A program made the translations under genes and the position numbers. The notes below the pieces were generated by a model that saw only the letters and a list, made by a program, of their open reading frames with translations, searched no databases and was not told where the DNA came from. Positions 49,815-59,265 of a stretch of DNA of 64,000 bases are shown one piece after another. The DNA lies in contig CAZCCH010000005.1 of assembly GCA_964497315.1 (NCBI GenBank), positions 1,885 through 65,884 of the forward strand, read 5' to 3'. The DNA is from an uncultured Planctomycetia bacterium (GTDB lineage: Bacteria; Omnitrophota; Gorgyraeia; Taenaricolales; CAZCCH01). Within the stretch, counting starts at the first letter, position 1; each line of letters starts with the position of its first letter.

Positions 49815-50810
49815 ATGGATAAACGGTTAGAAAAAATTTATAAAAAGGCAAAAGCAAATAAGCGCCGCATAGTTTTACCCGAAGGTAATGACCCTAGAAT
49901 AATACAGGCTGCAGGCAAAATTGCCCAAGAGGCTCTTGCTGAACCAATTATTTTAGGAGAAAAGAAGTTTATCTTAAAAGAACTGGCCAAATTTTCTCTT
50001 AAACCAAAGGGAATTAATATCATTGATTATAAAAAACACCTATGGTTTAAAAAATTTAGTCAAGAATATTTTACCCTTAGAAAACACAAGGGCATAAATT
50101 TAACCCAGGCAAAAGAAATTTTAATATCTAATCCGGCTTGTTTTGCAGCCATGATGGTCAGAAACAAAAAGGCCGATGGTTTTGTTGCAGGGGCTAGACT
50201 TACCACAAGAAACGTTGCCAAGGCAGCCATTCAGTGTATCGGGGTAGATAAAAAAATAGGAATAATATCCAGTTCTTTTCTGATGCTTTTTTCAAATACG
50301 ACTTTTGGCAAAGACGGCCTTATGGTATTTTCTGACTGCGCTATACTGCCAAATCCGTCGGCAAAACAACTTGCAAAAATCGCTATTTGTTCAGCAGAGC
50401 TTTTTTATAAACTATTTTCTCACCGCCCGAGGGTTGCCATGCTTAGTTACTCAAGCCGTGGCAGTGGGGTTGGGCCATTGGTTGAAAAGGTAAGAGAGGC
50501 AACAAAACTAGCAAAAAAAGAAGTACCAAAACTTTTGATAGAAGGAGAAATCCAAGCCGATACTGCGATAGTTCCAGAAATAGCAAAGCTAAAATGGCCC
50601 AATAGCAAGATTAAAGGCAGGGCGAATGTATTGGTATTTCCAGATTTGAATTCTGGTAACATTGCATATAAATTATCCCAGAGGTTATCCAATGCCTTAG
50701 CTTTAGGACCCTTACTTCAGGGATTAAATAACCCATGTAGTGATTTATCGCGTGGCTGTAGTGTTAAAGAAATAGTTAATACAGTGGCTATAACAGCTGT
50801 TAGGTGTTAG
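49815..50810 (+). CDS. pta: phosphate acetyltransferase
   Basis: IVLPEG.D.R, DCA..P.P, EGE.Q.D.A, FPDL..GNI.YK, DLSRG. Confidence 0.93.
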   Translation: MDKRLEKIYKKAKANKRRIVLPEGNDPRIIQAAGKIAQEALAEPIILGEKKFILKELAKFSLKPKGINIIDYKKHLWFKKFSQEYFTLRKHKGINLTQAKEILISNPACFAAMMVRNKKADGFVAGARLTTRNVAKAAIQCIGVDKKIGIISSSFLMLFSNTTFGKDGLMVFSDCAILPNPSAKQLAKIAICSAELFYKLFSHRPRVAMLSYSSRGSGVGPLVEKVREATKLAKKEVPKLLIEGEIQADTAIVPEIAKLKWPNSKIKGRANVLVFPDLNSGNIAYKLSQRLSNALALGPLLQGLNNPCSDLSRGCSVKEIVNTVAITAVRC

Positions 50811-50811
50811 A

Positions 50812-51954
50812 ATGCGCATACTAGTTATAAATTCAGGAAGTTCGTCTATAAAATATCAAGTTTTCAATATGCCCAAGACTCAACTTTTGTGTAAGGGCAT
50901 GATTGAAAGAATTGGCTCAAACGCACGTCTTTCTCATAAAGAGGGTGATAAAAAAGCTCTAGAGAAAAGGGTTGAAGCCAAGACTCACAAAACTGCCACA
51001 AGGATATTGCTTGAGGTGCTTACTGATTCTAATTATGGAGTTATGCGCTCCATTGAGGATATCGGTGCAATAGGCCATAGGGTTGTGCATGGGGGTGAAG
51101 ACTTTACAGAATCAACAATAATTGATACTACGGTTTTTAAGTACATTAAAAAACATAACGAACTTGCTCCATTACACAATCCACCCGCACTTTCTGTAAT
51201 AAAGGCCTGCAAGGAACTCCTGCCGGATATTAAGCAGGTGGCGGTGTTTGATACAGCGTTCTATCAGACGATGCCGGCCCATGCTTATCTGTATGCCTTG
51301 CCGCTTAAATTTTACAAAAAATATAAGATTAGAAAATACGGGTTTCATGGTACAAGCCATCGCTATGTAGCATTGCAGGCCAGCAAGCGCCTTAAAAAAC
51401 CACTTGAGGAATTGAAACTTATTACTTGCCACCTTGGCAATGGATGTAGCATTACAGCTACTGATGAAGGCAATGCAGTTGATACCTCTATGGGTTTTAC
51501 GCCTCTTGAAGGGTTGGTTATGGGTACAAGGGCTGGAGACATAGACCCGGCTATTGTGTTTTTTTTAATGGAAAAAGAAAAATTAGGCAGTAAGGCCATA
51601 AGCGAACTTTTAAATAAAGAAAGCGGACTCCTGGGGCTTTCAGGAGTAAGCAATGATATGCGGGATATAAAAAAAGAGGCAAGGCGTTCAAACGATAGGG
51701 CGAAATTAGCTATAGACGTGTTCATTTACAGAATTAAAAAATATATAGGTGCATACATTGCTGCTATGAATGGAGCAGATGCAATCATTTTAACAGCAGG
51801 CATCGGAGAAAACCACCCGTTTATTAAAAAAACAATTGCAACTGAGCTTTCAGTTTTGATTAAAAAACTTGGTATTAAACTTTTGATCATCCCCACCGAC
51901 GAAGAATTGCTGATCGCGCATGATACATACGGCATTATAAAGACCAAGAAGTAA
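50812..51954 (+). CDS. ackA: acetate kinase
   Basis: INSGSSS.K, GHRVVHGG, LAPLHNP, YGFHGTSH, HLGNG, GIGEN, PTDEE. Confidence 0.96.
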   Translation: MRILVINSGSSSIKYQVFNMPKTQLLCKGMIERIGSNARLSHKEGDKKALEKRVEAKTHKTATRILLEVLTDSNYGVMRSIEDIGAIGHRVVHGGEDFTESTIIDTTVFKYIKKHNELAPLHNPPALSVIKACKELLPDIKQVAVFDTAFYQTMPAHAYLYALPLKFYKKYKIRKYGFHGTSHRYVALQASKRLKKPLEELKLITCHLGNGCSITATDEGNAVDTSMGFTPLEGLVMGTRAGDIDPAIVFFLMEKEKLGSKAISELLNKESGLLGLSGVSNDMRDIKKEARRSNDRAKLAIDVFIYRIKKYIGAYIAAMNGADAIILTAGIGENHPFIKKTIATELSVLIKKLGIKLLIIPTDEELLIAHDTYGIIKTKK

Positions 51955-51992
51955 GAAATAAAAAGTTCTAGAATTTCAAGGAGGCACCAAAG

Positions 51993-52190
51993 ATGTCATT
52001 ACCAAAAAGAAGACATTCAAACACAAGGCAGGCAAAAAGAAGGACTCATTGGAAGTTGAAAGATCCAAACCTTGGAAAATGCACAGAGTGCGGAAACCTG
52101 AGGCTACCACATAAGATTTGTCCATATTGCGGCTATTATAAAGGCAAGAAGATTTTGACTATTAAAGAAAAAAAGAAAAAGCAGAAATAA
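51993..52190 (+). CDS. rpmF: 50S ribosomal protein L32
   Basis: PKRR.S..R...RR.H, CxxC...H..C..CGYY. Confidence 0.95.
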   Translation: MSLPKRRHSNTRQAKRRTHWKLKDPNLGKCTECGNLRLPHKICPYCGYYKGKKILTIKEKKKKQK

Positions 52191-52204
52191 GAGGAAATTA
52201 GTAT

Positions 52205-53206
52205 ATGAGGATAGCTATTGATGGCATGGGTGGAGATCACGCACCTTCTGTAGTAGTTGAGGGAGCCATAGCCGCATGCAAAGAATATGGTTTTGAAATA
52301 GTTATAGTAGGCCAGCAAGAAAAGATAGAGGCAGAGCTTGGGAAAATTAAATATAGAGGTTCAAAGGTTGAAATCTGCCATGCTTCAGAAGTGATAGATA
52401 TGCATGAGCTGCCTGTTGCAAGCGTAAGAAAGAAAAAAGACTCATCCATAAATAAATTAGTTGAACTTGCCAAAAACAAAAAGGTAGATGCTATATTGTC
52501 AGCTGGTAATACCGGGGCTGTGGTTTGCGCAACGACCTTAGGACTAAGACTCCTAGAGGGCGTTGAAAGACCCGGCATAGCCATTGTCTATAGAGGTCTT
52601 GAAGGCATATCTATGATAATTGATATAGGTGCAAACGTAAATGCAAAACCCTCACACCTCTTGCAATATGCACTTATGGGTGATGCATATTCTAGGTATA
52701 TATTAAAGAAAGAAAATCCCAAGATAGGACTTTTAAATGTAGGAGAAGAAGCTGCAAAAGGACCTGAGTTTATAAAAGAAACACACAGACTCCTAAGTTC
52801 AACTAACTTGAATTTTATCGGTAACACAGAAGGCGATGAATTATTTAATGGTAAGATAGATGTAATCGTATGCGATGGTTTTATAGGAAATGCCGTGCTG
52901 AAGGTTTCAGAGGGAATTGCTGAAGCGTTCTCTGAATTATTGCACAGAAAACTTTCTGAGAATTTATTAACTAAATTTGGAGCCCTCCTTTCTATGCCAG
53001 CCTTTAAGGCATTAAAAAAAGAAGTAGATTATGCAGAGTACGGAGGTGCACCACTATTAGGAGTTGACGGTATCTGTATAATTGGCCATGGCCGCTCTAA
53101 TTCTAAAGCCATAAAAAATGCCATTAGGGCAGCCGGAGAATCTGCAACTCAACATGTAAATCAACATATTATAGAGGCAATAGCATGCAAAAAAGAATTG
53201 GCGTAA
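52205..53206 (+). CDS. plsX: phosphate acyltransferase PlsX
   Basis: IAIDGMGGD.AP, SAGNTGA, D.GAN, DGF.GN, GGAPLLG, HG.S. Confidence 0.96.
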   Translation: MRIAIDGMGGDHAPSVVVEGAIAACKEYGFEIVIVGQQEKIEAELGKIKYRGSKVEICHASEVIDMHELPVASVRKKKDSSINKLVELAKNKKVDAILSAGNTGAVVCATTLGLRLLEGVERPGIAIVYRGLEGISMIIDIGANVNAKPSHLLQYALMGDAYSRYILKKENPKIGLLNVGEEAAKGPEFIKETHRLLSSTNLNFIGNTEGDELFNGKIDVIVCDGFIGNAVLKVSEGIAEAFSELLHRKLSENLLTKFGALLSMPAFKALKKEVDYAEYGGAPLLGVDGICIIGHGRSNSKAIKNAIRAAGESATQHVNQHIIEAIACKKELA

Positions 53207-54165
53207 TAGGTGTAGGTGCATACCTGCCAGAGAAAATTCTCACAAATGCTGACCTAGAGAAGATGGTAGACACATCCGATGAGTGGATTATGACCAGGAC
53301 AGGCATAAAACAGCGCAGGATTGCAGCAAGTGATGTGGCTACCAGTGATTTAGCTGCTGAGGCTGCTAAGCGAGCACTGGAAAATGCCAATATTAAGCCT
53401 GAAGATATAGATTTGATTTTGGTAGCCACCATAACAGGTGATATGCCTTTTCCTTCAACCGCCTGCCTTGTACAATCCAAGATAGGAGCAAAGAACGCAG
53501 CATGTTTTGATGTATCGGCTGCCTGCGCAGGTTATATATACGCATTGTCAATTGCCAAGGAGTTTATATCTTCAGGACAGTACAAAAATGCATTGGTTAT
53601 AGGCGCTGAGAAGTTGTCTTCCATAACAGACTGGTCAGACAGGGGTACCTGTGTGCTTTTTGGAGATGGTGCTGGCGCTTCTCTTGTGGCGCCGGTTGAG
53701 TCGGGCGGCATTATATCTACGTATTTAGGTAGCGATGGAAACCAGGCAGAACTTTTAAAGGTCCCAGCAGGTGGTTCGCGTATGCCTGCCAGTGCCAAGA
53801 CAGTAAAAGAAGGCCTTCATTATCTTAAAATGAGCGGCAATGAGGTATTTAAGCATGCAGTAAAGATTATGGTAAATTCTGCCAAGAAGGCCATAGAGCA
53901 GGCAGGCATTGAATATAATGAGGTGAGTTTATTTATCCCGCATCAAGCGAATATAAGGATATTGAATGCGATTGCCAAAAGGCTTGAGATACCCGATGAA
54001 AAATTATACCTTAATATAGAAAGATACGGCAATATGTCAAGCGCCTCTACCGCAGTGGCCTTTAGCGAAGCAGTAAAAGAAGGCAGGATTAAAGAAAAGG
54101 ACTATGTGGTATTAGTTGCCTTTGGTTCAGGCCTTACTTGGGGTGCAAACGTTATACAATGGTGA
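53185..54165 (+). CDS. fabH: 3-oxoacyl-ACP synthase III
   Basis: DTSDEWI..RTGI, AACAG, LFGDGAGA, PHQAN.RI, GNMSSAS. Confidence 0.96.
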   Translation: MQKRIGVIGVGAYLPEKILTNADLEKMVDTSDEWIMTRTGIKQRRIAASDVATSDLAAEAAKRALENANIKPEDIDLILVATITGDMPFPSTACLVQSKIGAKNAACFDVSAACAGYIYALSIAKEFISSGQYKNALVIGAEKLSSITDWSDRGTCVLFGDGAGASLVAPVESGGIISTYLGSDGNQAELLKVPAGGSRMPASAKTVKEGLHYLKMSGNEVFKHAVKIMVNSAKKAIEQAGIEYNEVSLFIPHQANIRILNAIAKRLEIPDEKLYLNIERYGNMSSASTAVAFSEAVKEGRIKEKDYVVLVAFGSGLTWGANVIQW

Positions 54166-54169
54166 AATT

Positions 54170-55156
54170 ATGGAAAAAATAGGTTATATATTTCCAGGAC
54201 AAGGAGTCCAGTATGTAGGCATGGGCAAGGATTTGTATGAAAATTTTGAATCCGCTAGATCAGTTTTTGATAAAGCGAACAAGATTTTGGATATAGACAT
54301 AAAGAAGTTTTGCTTTGAAGGCCCACAAGAGCAACTCGGCCGGACAGACATAAGTCAGCCTGCAATATTAACAACTAGTATTGCAGCCTTGAGAGTTCTA
54401 GAAAAAGAAATTCCTAATTTTACCGCTATACCGCCAAGGACATCTGGCAATGGAGATCTGGCTCAGTCAGATGTTGCTGCAGTTGCTGGTTTGAGCCTGG
54501 GTGAGTATACGGCTTTAGTGGCAGTAGGCTCAATTAGTTTTGAAGACGCCATTAGTTTAGTCAGAAAGCGCGGTCAATTCATGGAAGAGGCCTCCAGAAA
54601 AAAACCCGGGGGCATGCTTTCAATAATCGGACTTCCCAAAGATGAGGTAGAGAATCTTTGCCGACAGACCGGCACTCAGATAGCTAATTTGAATTGCCCT
54701 GGTCAAATTGTTATATCCGGGATGTTAGGAGGTATATCTACGGTTTATGAACTTATTAGGTTAAAAGGAGCTAAGCGCGTTGTAAGATTAGGGGTTAGCG
54801 GTCCCTTTCATTCTAGATTTATGGATTACGCCAGTAAAAAATTGAGAATTGAATTAGAGGCTGTTGAGATTCTACCTCCCAGCCTTCCAGTGATAGCAAA
54901 TGTTACGGCAAAGGCTCAGGCAGAACCTCAGATTATACGAGAGAACCTCATAAACCAGGTAAATCACTCTGTGTTGTGGGAGGAAGCTGTGCGGTTAATG
55001 GCTTCAGATGGTATTATAACATTTTTAGAAATCGGACCTGGAAAGGTTTTAAAGGGACTCTTGCGCAAAATTGACCCGAACTTGAAAGTCTTAAATATCG
55101 GCACTGTAGCTGATGTTGAAAAATTAAAGACGCAGATGAGTCAAGGAGGGAGCTAA
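54170..55156 (+). CDS. fabD: malonyl-CoA:ACP transacylase
   Basis: FPGQG.Q..GMG, GLSLGEY, AN.NCPGQ, VSGPFHS, EIGPG.VL.GL; start at ATG 54170. Confidence 0.95.
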   Translation: MEKIGYIFPGQGVQYVGMGKDLYENFESARSVFDKANKILDIDIKKFCFEGPQEQLGRTDISQPAILTTSIAALRVLEKEIPNFTAIPPRTSGNGDLAQSDVAAVAGLSLGEYTALVAVGSISFEDAISLVRKRGQFMEEASRKKPGGMLSIIGLPKDEVENLCRQTGTQIANLNCPGQIVISGMLGGISTVYELIRLKGAKRVVRLGVSGPFHSRFMDYASKKLRIELEAVEILPPSLPVIANVTAKAQAEPQIIRENLINQVNHSVLWEEAVRLMASDGIITFLEIGPGKVLKGLLRKIDPNLKVLNIGTVADVEKLKTQMSQGGS

Positions 55157-55897
55157 ATGTTAGTAAAGGATAAGCTGGTCTTTATAACAGGCGGTGCAAG
55201 GGGCATAGGCAGAGAAATCGCCCTAGCCTTTGCAAAAGAAGGGGCTGATGTGGCAGTTTGCGATGTGAATGAAGAGGCCCTAAGTGAAGTTCAAAATCAA
55301 ATAGAGGAGTTTAGTCGTAAAGCGCTTATATTAAAGGTAGACGTGACAGATTTAGGACAAGTCGAGGCTTGTACCAATAAAATTCTTGACAAATTCGGAA
55401 AAATTGATATACTAATCAACAATGCGGGCATAACTAGGGATTCATTGCTGCTTAAAATGAGTCCGCAGGATTGGGATGCGGTTTTAGATGTAAATCTAAA
55501 AGGCACATTTAATTGTACAAAGAGCGTTTCTAAACACATGATTAAGCAACGTGCCGGAAGGATTGTAAATATCGCATCTATTATAGGCCTTATGGGTAAC
55601 CCCGGGCAGGCCAATTATGCCGCTAGTAAGGCCGGTATAATAGGTTTTACAAAGACAATAGCTAAAGAACTGGCCAGAAGAAATATAAACGTAAACGCCA
55701 TCGCACCAGGATTTATACAGACAGATATGACAGCAGCTCTTCCAGAGGGCGTGAAGCAAAAGATGTTAGAAAGTATCCCGCTTGGAAGATTTGGAGAGGT
55801 TGCAGAAGTTGCAAAAATCGCCCTATTTTTATCATCAGGGCCTTCAGATTATATAACTGGCCAGGTTATACAAGTAGATGGCGGATTGCTTATGTGA
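55157..55897 (+). CDS. fabG: 3-oxoacyl-ACP reductase
   Basis: TGGARGIG, NNAGITRD, YAASKAG. Confidence 0.95.
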   Translation: MLVKDKLVFITGGARGIGREIALAFAKEGADVAVCDVNEEALSEVQNQIEEFSRKALILKVDVTDLGQVEACTNKILDKFGKIDILINNAGITRDSLLLKMSPQDWDAVLDVNLKGTFNCTKSVSKHMIKQRAGRIVNIASIIGLMGNPGQANYAASKAGIIGFTKTIAKELARRNINVNAIAPGFIQTDMTAALPEGVKQKMLESIPLGRFGEVAEVAKIALFLSSGPSDYITGQVIQVDGGLLM

Positions 55898-55915
55898 AAG
55901 AAGGAGGAATGAAAT

Positions 55916-56155
55916 ATGGCAGCTGAAGAGAAGATTAAATCTATAATATCTGAACAGCTTGGCGTAAAACCAGAAGAAGTTACACCTAATGCATCTTTTA
56001 TTGATGATTTGGGTGCAGATTCCCTAGATACTGTAGAGCTGGTTATGGCGCTTGAAGAAGAATTTGGCATTGAGATACCAGATGAAGATGCAGAGAAGAT
56101 GACCAGCGTTGGGGATGCTATCAAGTACATAGAAGAAAAGTCAGCAAGCAAGTAA
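55916..56155 (+). CDS. acpP: acyl carrier protein
   Basis: [20 protein letters not shown]. Confidence 0.97.
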   Translation: MAAEEKIKSIISEQLGVKPEEVTPNASFIDDLGADSLDTVELVMALEEEFGIEIPDEDAEKMTSVGDAIKYIEEKSASK

Positions 56156-56214
56156 GGGCTGACCATTCCTTCCTTTTTGTAAGCTCTTAATTTGATTTAA
56201 ATAGAATAAATATA

Positions 56215-56240
56215 CATCGCCCCAAAAGTTTGGGGCGATG
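56215..56240. other. perfect 12-bp inverted repeat between acpP and fabF (mRNA stability or attenuation hairpin)
   Basis: CATCGCCCCAAA-AG-TTTGGGGCGATG; no downstream U-tract. Confidence 0.55.
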
Positions 56241-56270
56241 CTGTCTTATCGCGAGGATAGTTTAGTTATT

Positions 56271-57506
56271 ATGAAAAAACGTGTAGTTATTACAGGAATT
56301 GGGGTTATATCCCCAATCGGAAACAGCAAGGATGCGTTTTGGAAGTCTCTTCTTGAAGGAAAAAGTGGAGTAGACAAGCTTACCTGCTTTGATGCCAGTG
56401 AATTTAGCTCTCAGATAGCAGCAGAGGTTAGAGATTTCGATCCAAGCTTATTTATAGCCCCTAAGCAAATAAGAAGAATGGATAGATTTGTGCAGTTTGC
56501 AGTAAGTGCTGCAAAGATGGCTGCACAAGATAGCGGGATTGATATATCAAAGGAAGACCCATATAGGGTAGGAACCGTACTTGGTTCAGGGATAGGTGGT
56601 TTACATACTATTGAAAACCAGGTAAATGTATATCGCGACAAAGGTCCTTCTAGATTATCTCCATTTTTAATCCCGATGCTTATTGTAAATATGGCGCCAG
56701 GGCAGGTCTCAATAGATTTAGGCCTTAAAGGGCCAAATAGCTGTGTTGCAACAGCATGTGCCTCAGGAAACCATGCTATAGGAGATGCCTTTAGAATAAT
56801 CCAGAGAGGCCAAGCAGATGCGATGGTGACAGGAGGTACGGAAGGCTGTATTACCCCTGTAGGTTTTGGTGGGTTTTGTGCAGCCAAGGCATTATCAACA
56901 CGCAACGATGACCCACAGCATGCCAGCAGGCCATTTGACAGAGATAGGGATGGTTTTGTAATGGGCGAAGGTGCGGGATTAATTATATTAGAGGAATTAG
57001 AACACGCAAAGAAAAGAGGTGCCAATATCTATGCTGAGATAATAGGCTATGGCATGACATCAGATGCATATCACATGACAGCGCCCCACCCAGATGGAGA
57101 AGGTGCTACTAAGGCCATGCAATATGCCCTAGAAGATGCTGCCATAAACCCAGAAGATGTGGACTATGTAAATGCCCATGGAACCTCAACTAAACTTAAT
57201 GACAAAATTGAGACGATGGCAATAAAGAAAGTGTTTGGCGATCATGCCTATAAACTTGCCATTAGTTCTACTAAGTCTATGACAGGACACCTGTTAGGTG
57301 CAGCTGGAGGTGTTGAGGCAATAGCTAGTTGTTTAACTATAAAAGAGGGATTAATAGCCCCTACAGTAAATTACGAAAATAAAGATCCTGACTGTGATTT
57401 GGACTATGTGCCAAATAAGACAAGGGAAGCCAAGGTAAATATAGCTATTTCAAACTCCCTGGGTTTTGGCGGTCACAACGCAACAATTGTCCTACAAAGG
57501 AGTTAG
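56271..57506 (+). CDS. fabF: 3-oxoacyl-ACP synthase II
   Basis: [47 protein letters not shown]; start at ATG 56271. Confidence 0.96.
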   Translation: MKKRVVITGIGVISPIGNSKDAFWKSLLEGKSGVDKLTCFDASEFSSQIAAEVRDFDPSLFIAPKQIRRMDRFVQFAVSAAKMAAQDSGIDISKEDPYRVGTVLGSGIGGLHTIENQVNVYRDKGPSRLSPFLIPMLIVNMAPGQVSIDLGLKGPNSCVATACASGNHAIGDAFRIIQRGQADAMVTGGTEGCITPVGFGGFCAAKALSTRNDDPQHASRPFDRDRDGFVMGEGAGLIILEELEHAKKRGANIYAEIIGYGMTSDAYHMTAPHPDGEGATKAMQYALEDAAINPEDVDYVNAHGTSTKLNDKIETMAIKKVFGDHAYKLAISSTKSMTGHLLGAAGGVEAIASCLTIKEGLIAPTVNYENKDPDCDLDYVPNKTREAKVNIAISNSLGFGGHNATIVLQRS

Positions 57507-57516
57507 AAATTTCCTC

Positions 57517-57550
57517 TTGACAAGCCAATGTCATTATAGTATATTATAAT
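57517..57550 (+). promoter_or_regulatory. promoter of the rimP-nusA-infB operon
   Basis: TTGACA (57517-22) with TATATT/TATAAT boxes at 57540-57550. Confidence 0.6.
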
Positions 57551-57578
57551 TCAGCACAAATCTATTTTGAAAGGAGGA

Positions 57579-57606
57579 AGTGGGTATTTAATACCCATTT
57601 TTTTTT
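57579..57606 (+). terminator. rimP-leader-type attenuator hairpin
   Basis: AGTGGGTAT-TTA-ATACCCATT plus T run just upstream of the rimP ATG, matching the widely conserved GGG/CCC rimP leader arrangement. Confidence 0.7.
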
Positions 57607-57613
57607 GGACTAG

Positions 57614-58078
57614 ATGGTCAATGAGGAATTGAGCCAGAAGATAAGGCAGTTAATAGACCCCATCCTTAAAGAATACTCCGTTGAAGTGGTTGAATTTATC
57701 TATAGAAGAGAAGGTAGCAAGATGGCCTTGCGGCTTCTTGCAGATAAACTTGGTGGTATTACCTTAGAAGATTGCAGCCAGCTAAATCAAAGAATAGGAA
57801 CTTTATTAGATGAGGCTGATTTAATACAGGAAAGATATTTCTTGGAGGTTTCCTCTCCAGGATTAGATAGACCTCTTGCAACAAAGCGGGATTTTCAACG
57901 TAACATAGGACGATTGGTTAGAATGACTGTAGTTGGTCCCTCAGAGAAAAACATTACCCTTGCAGGGAAGATAAAGAACGTAGATATTGATAGCGTTGAA
58001 GTAGAAACCAAAAAGGGTTTGCTAAAGGTCGTAAAATTAGACCAAATTATGAAAGCTAAGCTGGAGATTAAGCCATGA
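57614..58078 (+). CDS. rimP: ribosome maturation factor RimP
   Basis: GGITLEDC, Y.LEVSSPGLDRPL. Confidence 0.95.
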   Translation: MVNEELSQKIRQLIDPILKEYSVEVVEFIYRREGSKMALRLLADKLGGITLEDCSQLNQRIGTLLDEADLIQERYFLEVSSPGLDRPLATKRDFQRNIGRLVRMTVVGPSEKNITLAGKIKNVDIDSVEVETKKGLLKVVKLDQIMKAKLEIKP

Positions 58079-59262
58079 ACGGAGAATTATTAAGCGTATT
58101 AGATCACATAGAAAGAGAAAAAGGCATTAAGCGGGAGATTTTAATAGCCGCTGTCGAGTCAGCCCTTATATCAGCTGCCAGGAAGGCTTCTAATGCCAAT
58201 GTAGAAGACATTTCCGTGAAGATAGACCCAAAGACCGGAGACATCAAGGTCTTGTCCGGAGAAAAGGAGGTTCCTTCTGGAGATTTTGGCAGGATTGCTG
58301 CTCAAACTGCTAAACAGGTAATAATCCAAAAGATAAGAGAGGCTGAAAGGGATGTTATATATACAGACTTCCAGCAGAGGATGGGTCACCTTGTAACTGG
58401 CACAGTGCACAGATTTGAAAGGGGTAATATTGTTATAGACTTAGGAAAATCTGAAGCCATTATTCCTAAAAAAGAACAGGTGGCAAAAGAAAAATACAAA
58501 CAAGGTGAAAGAGTTAGAGGTTATGTGATAGATGTGAAAAAGGGCGGCAAAGAACCACAGGTAATACTTTCCAGAGTGCATCCAGGTCTTGTAAAAAGAC
58601 TGTTTGAGTTGGAGGTTCCAGAGATATCTGAGGGAATCGTTGAAATTAAGGCTATCGCAAGAGAAGCTGGGGACAGAACGAAAATAGCTGTTTGGTCAAA
58701 AGATGAAAAGGTAGACTGCGTAGGTGCTTGTGTAGGTATGAGGGGCACACGCGTTAAGGATATAGTTAGAGAAATGCACAATGAAAAAATAGACATAGTT
58801 AAATGGAGCGAGGATATTACAGAATACGTTACCGCTGCTTTAAGTCCGGCTAAGATCAGCAAGACAAAAACCGATAAAGAAAACAAAAAGGTTCAAGTTT
58901 TAGTAGATGAAGATCAATTGTCTCTAGCCATTGGGAAGAGGGGGCAGAATGTGCGGCTTGCAGTGAAACTGACGGGTTGGGATATAGACATAAAGCCAAA
59001 GTCAGCTTTAGTGGAAAAGGTTGAGGTTTCCGTAGCCCAGTTGCCCAGAATAGGCCCTAAGACATACGAGGCGTTAGTCAAGGCAGGTTTTGCTACCGTA
59101 GAAAAAATTGCAAAGGCAGATGCAAAAGAACTAACACAGATACCGGGTGTTGGCAAGAAAAGTGCGCAAAATCTTATTGAGGCGGCCAAGGAAAAATTAA
59201 AAGAACCTCCAACCAAGAAAGAAAAGAAATCCAAATCGGAAAAAACCAAGGAGGCAAATTAA
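58075..59262 (+). CDS. nusA: transcription termination factor NusA
   Basis: FGRIAAQTAKQVI.Q, S1 and KH domains, AREAG.R.K, LAIGKRGQNVRLA. Confidence 0.97.
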   Translation: MNGELLSVLDHIEREKGIKREILIAAVESALISAARKASNANVEDISVKIDPKTGDIKVLSGEKEVPSGDFGRIAAQTAKQVIIQKIREAERDVIYTDFQQRMGHLVTGTVHRFERGNIVIDLGKSEAIIPKKEQVAKEKYKQGERVRGYVIDVKKGGKEPQVILSRVHPGLVKRLFELEVPEISEGIVEIKAIAREAGDRTKIAVWSKDEKVDCVGACVGMRGTRVKDIVREMHNEKIDIVKWSEDITEYVTAALSPAKISKTKTDKENKKVQVLVDEDQLSLAIGKRGQNVRLAVKLTGWDIDIKPKSALVEKVEVSVAQLPRIGPKTYEALVKAGFATVEKIAKADAKELTQIPGVGKKSAQNLIEAAKEKLKEPPTKKEKKSKSEKTKEAN

Positions 59263-59265
59263 AAA

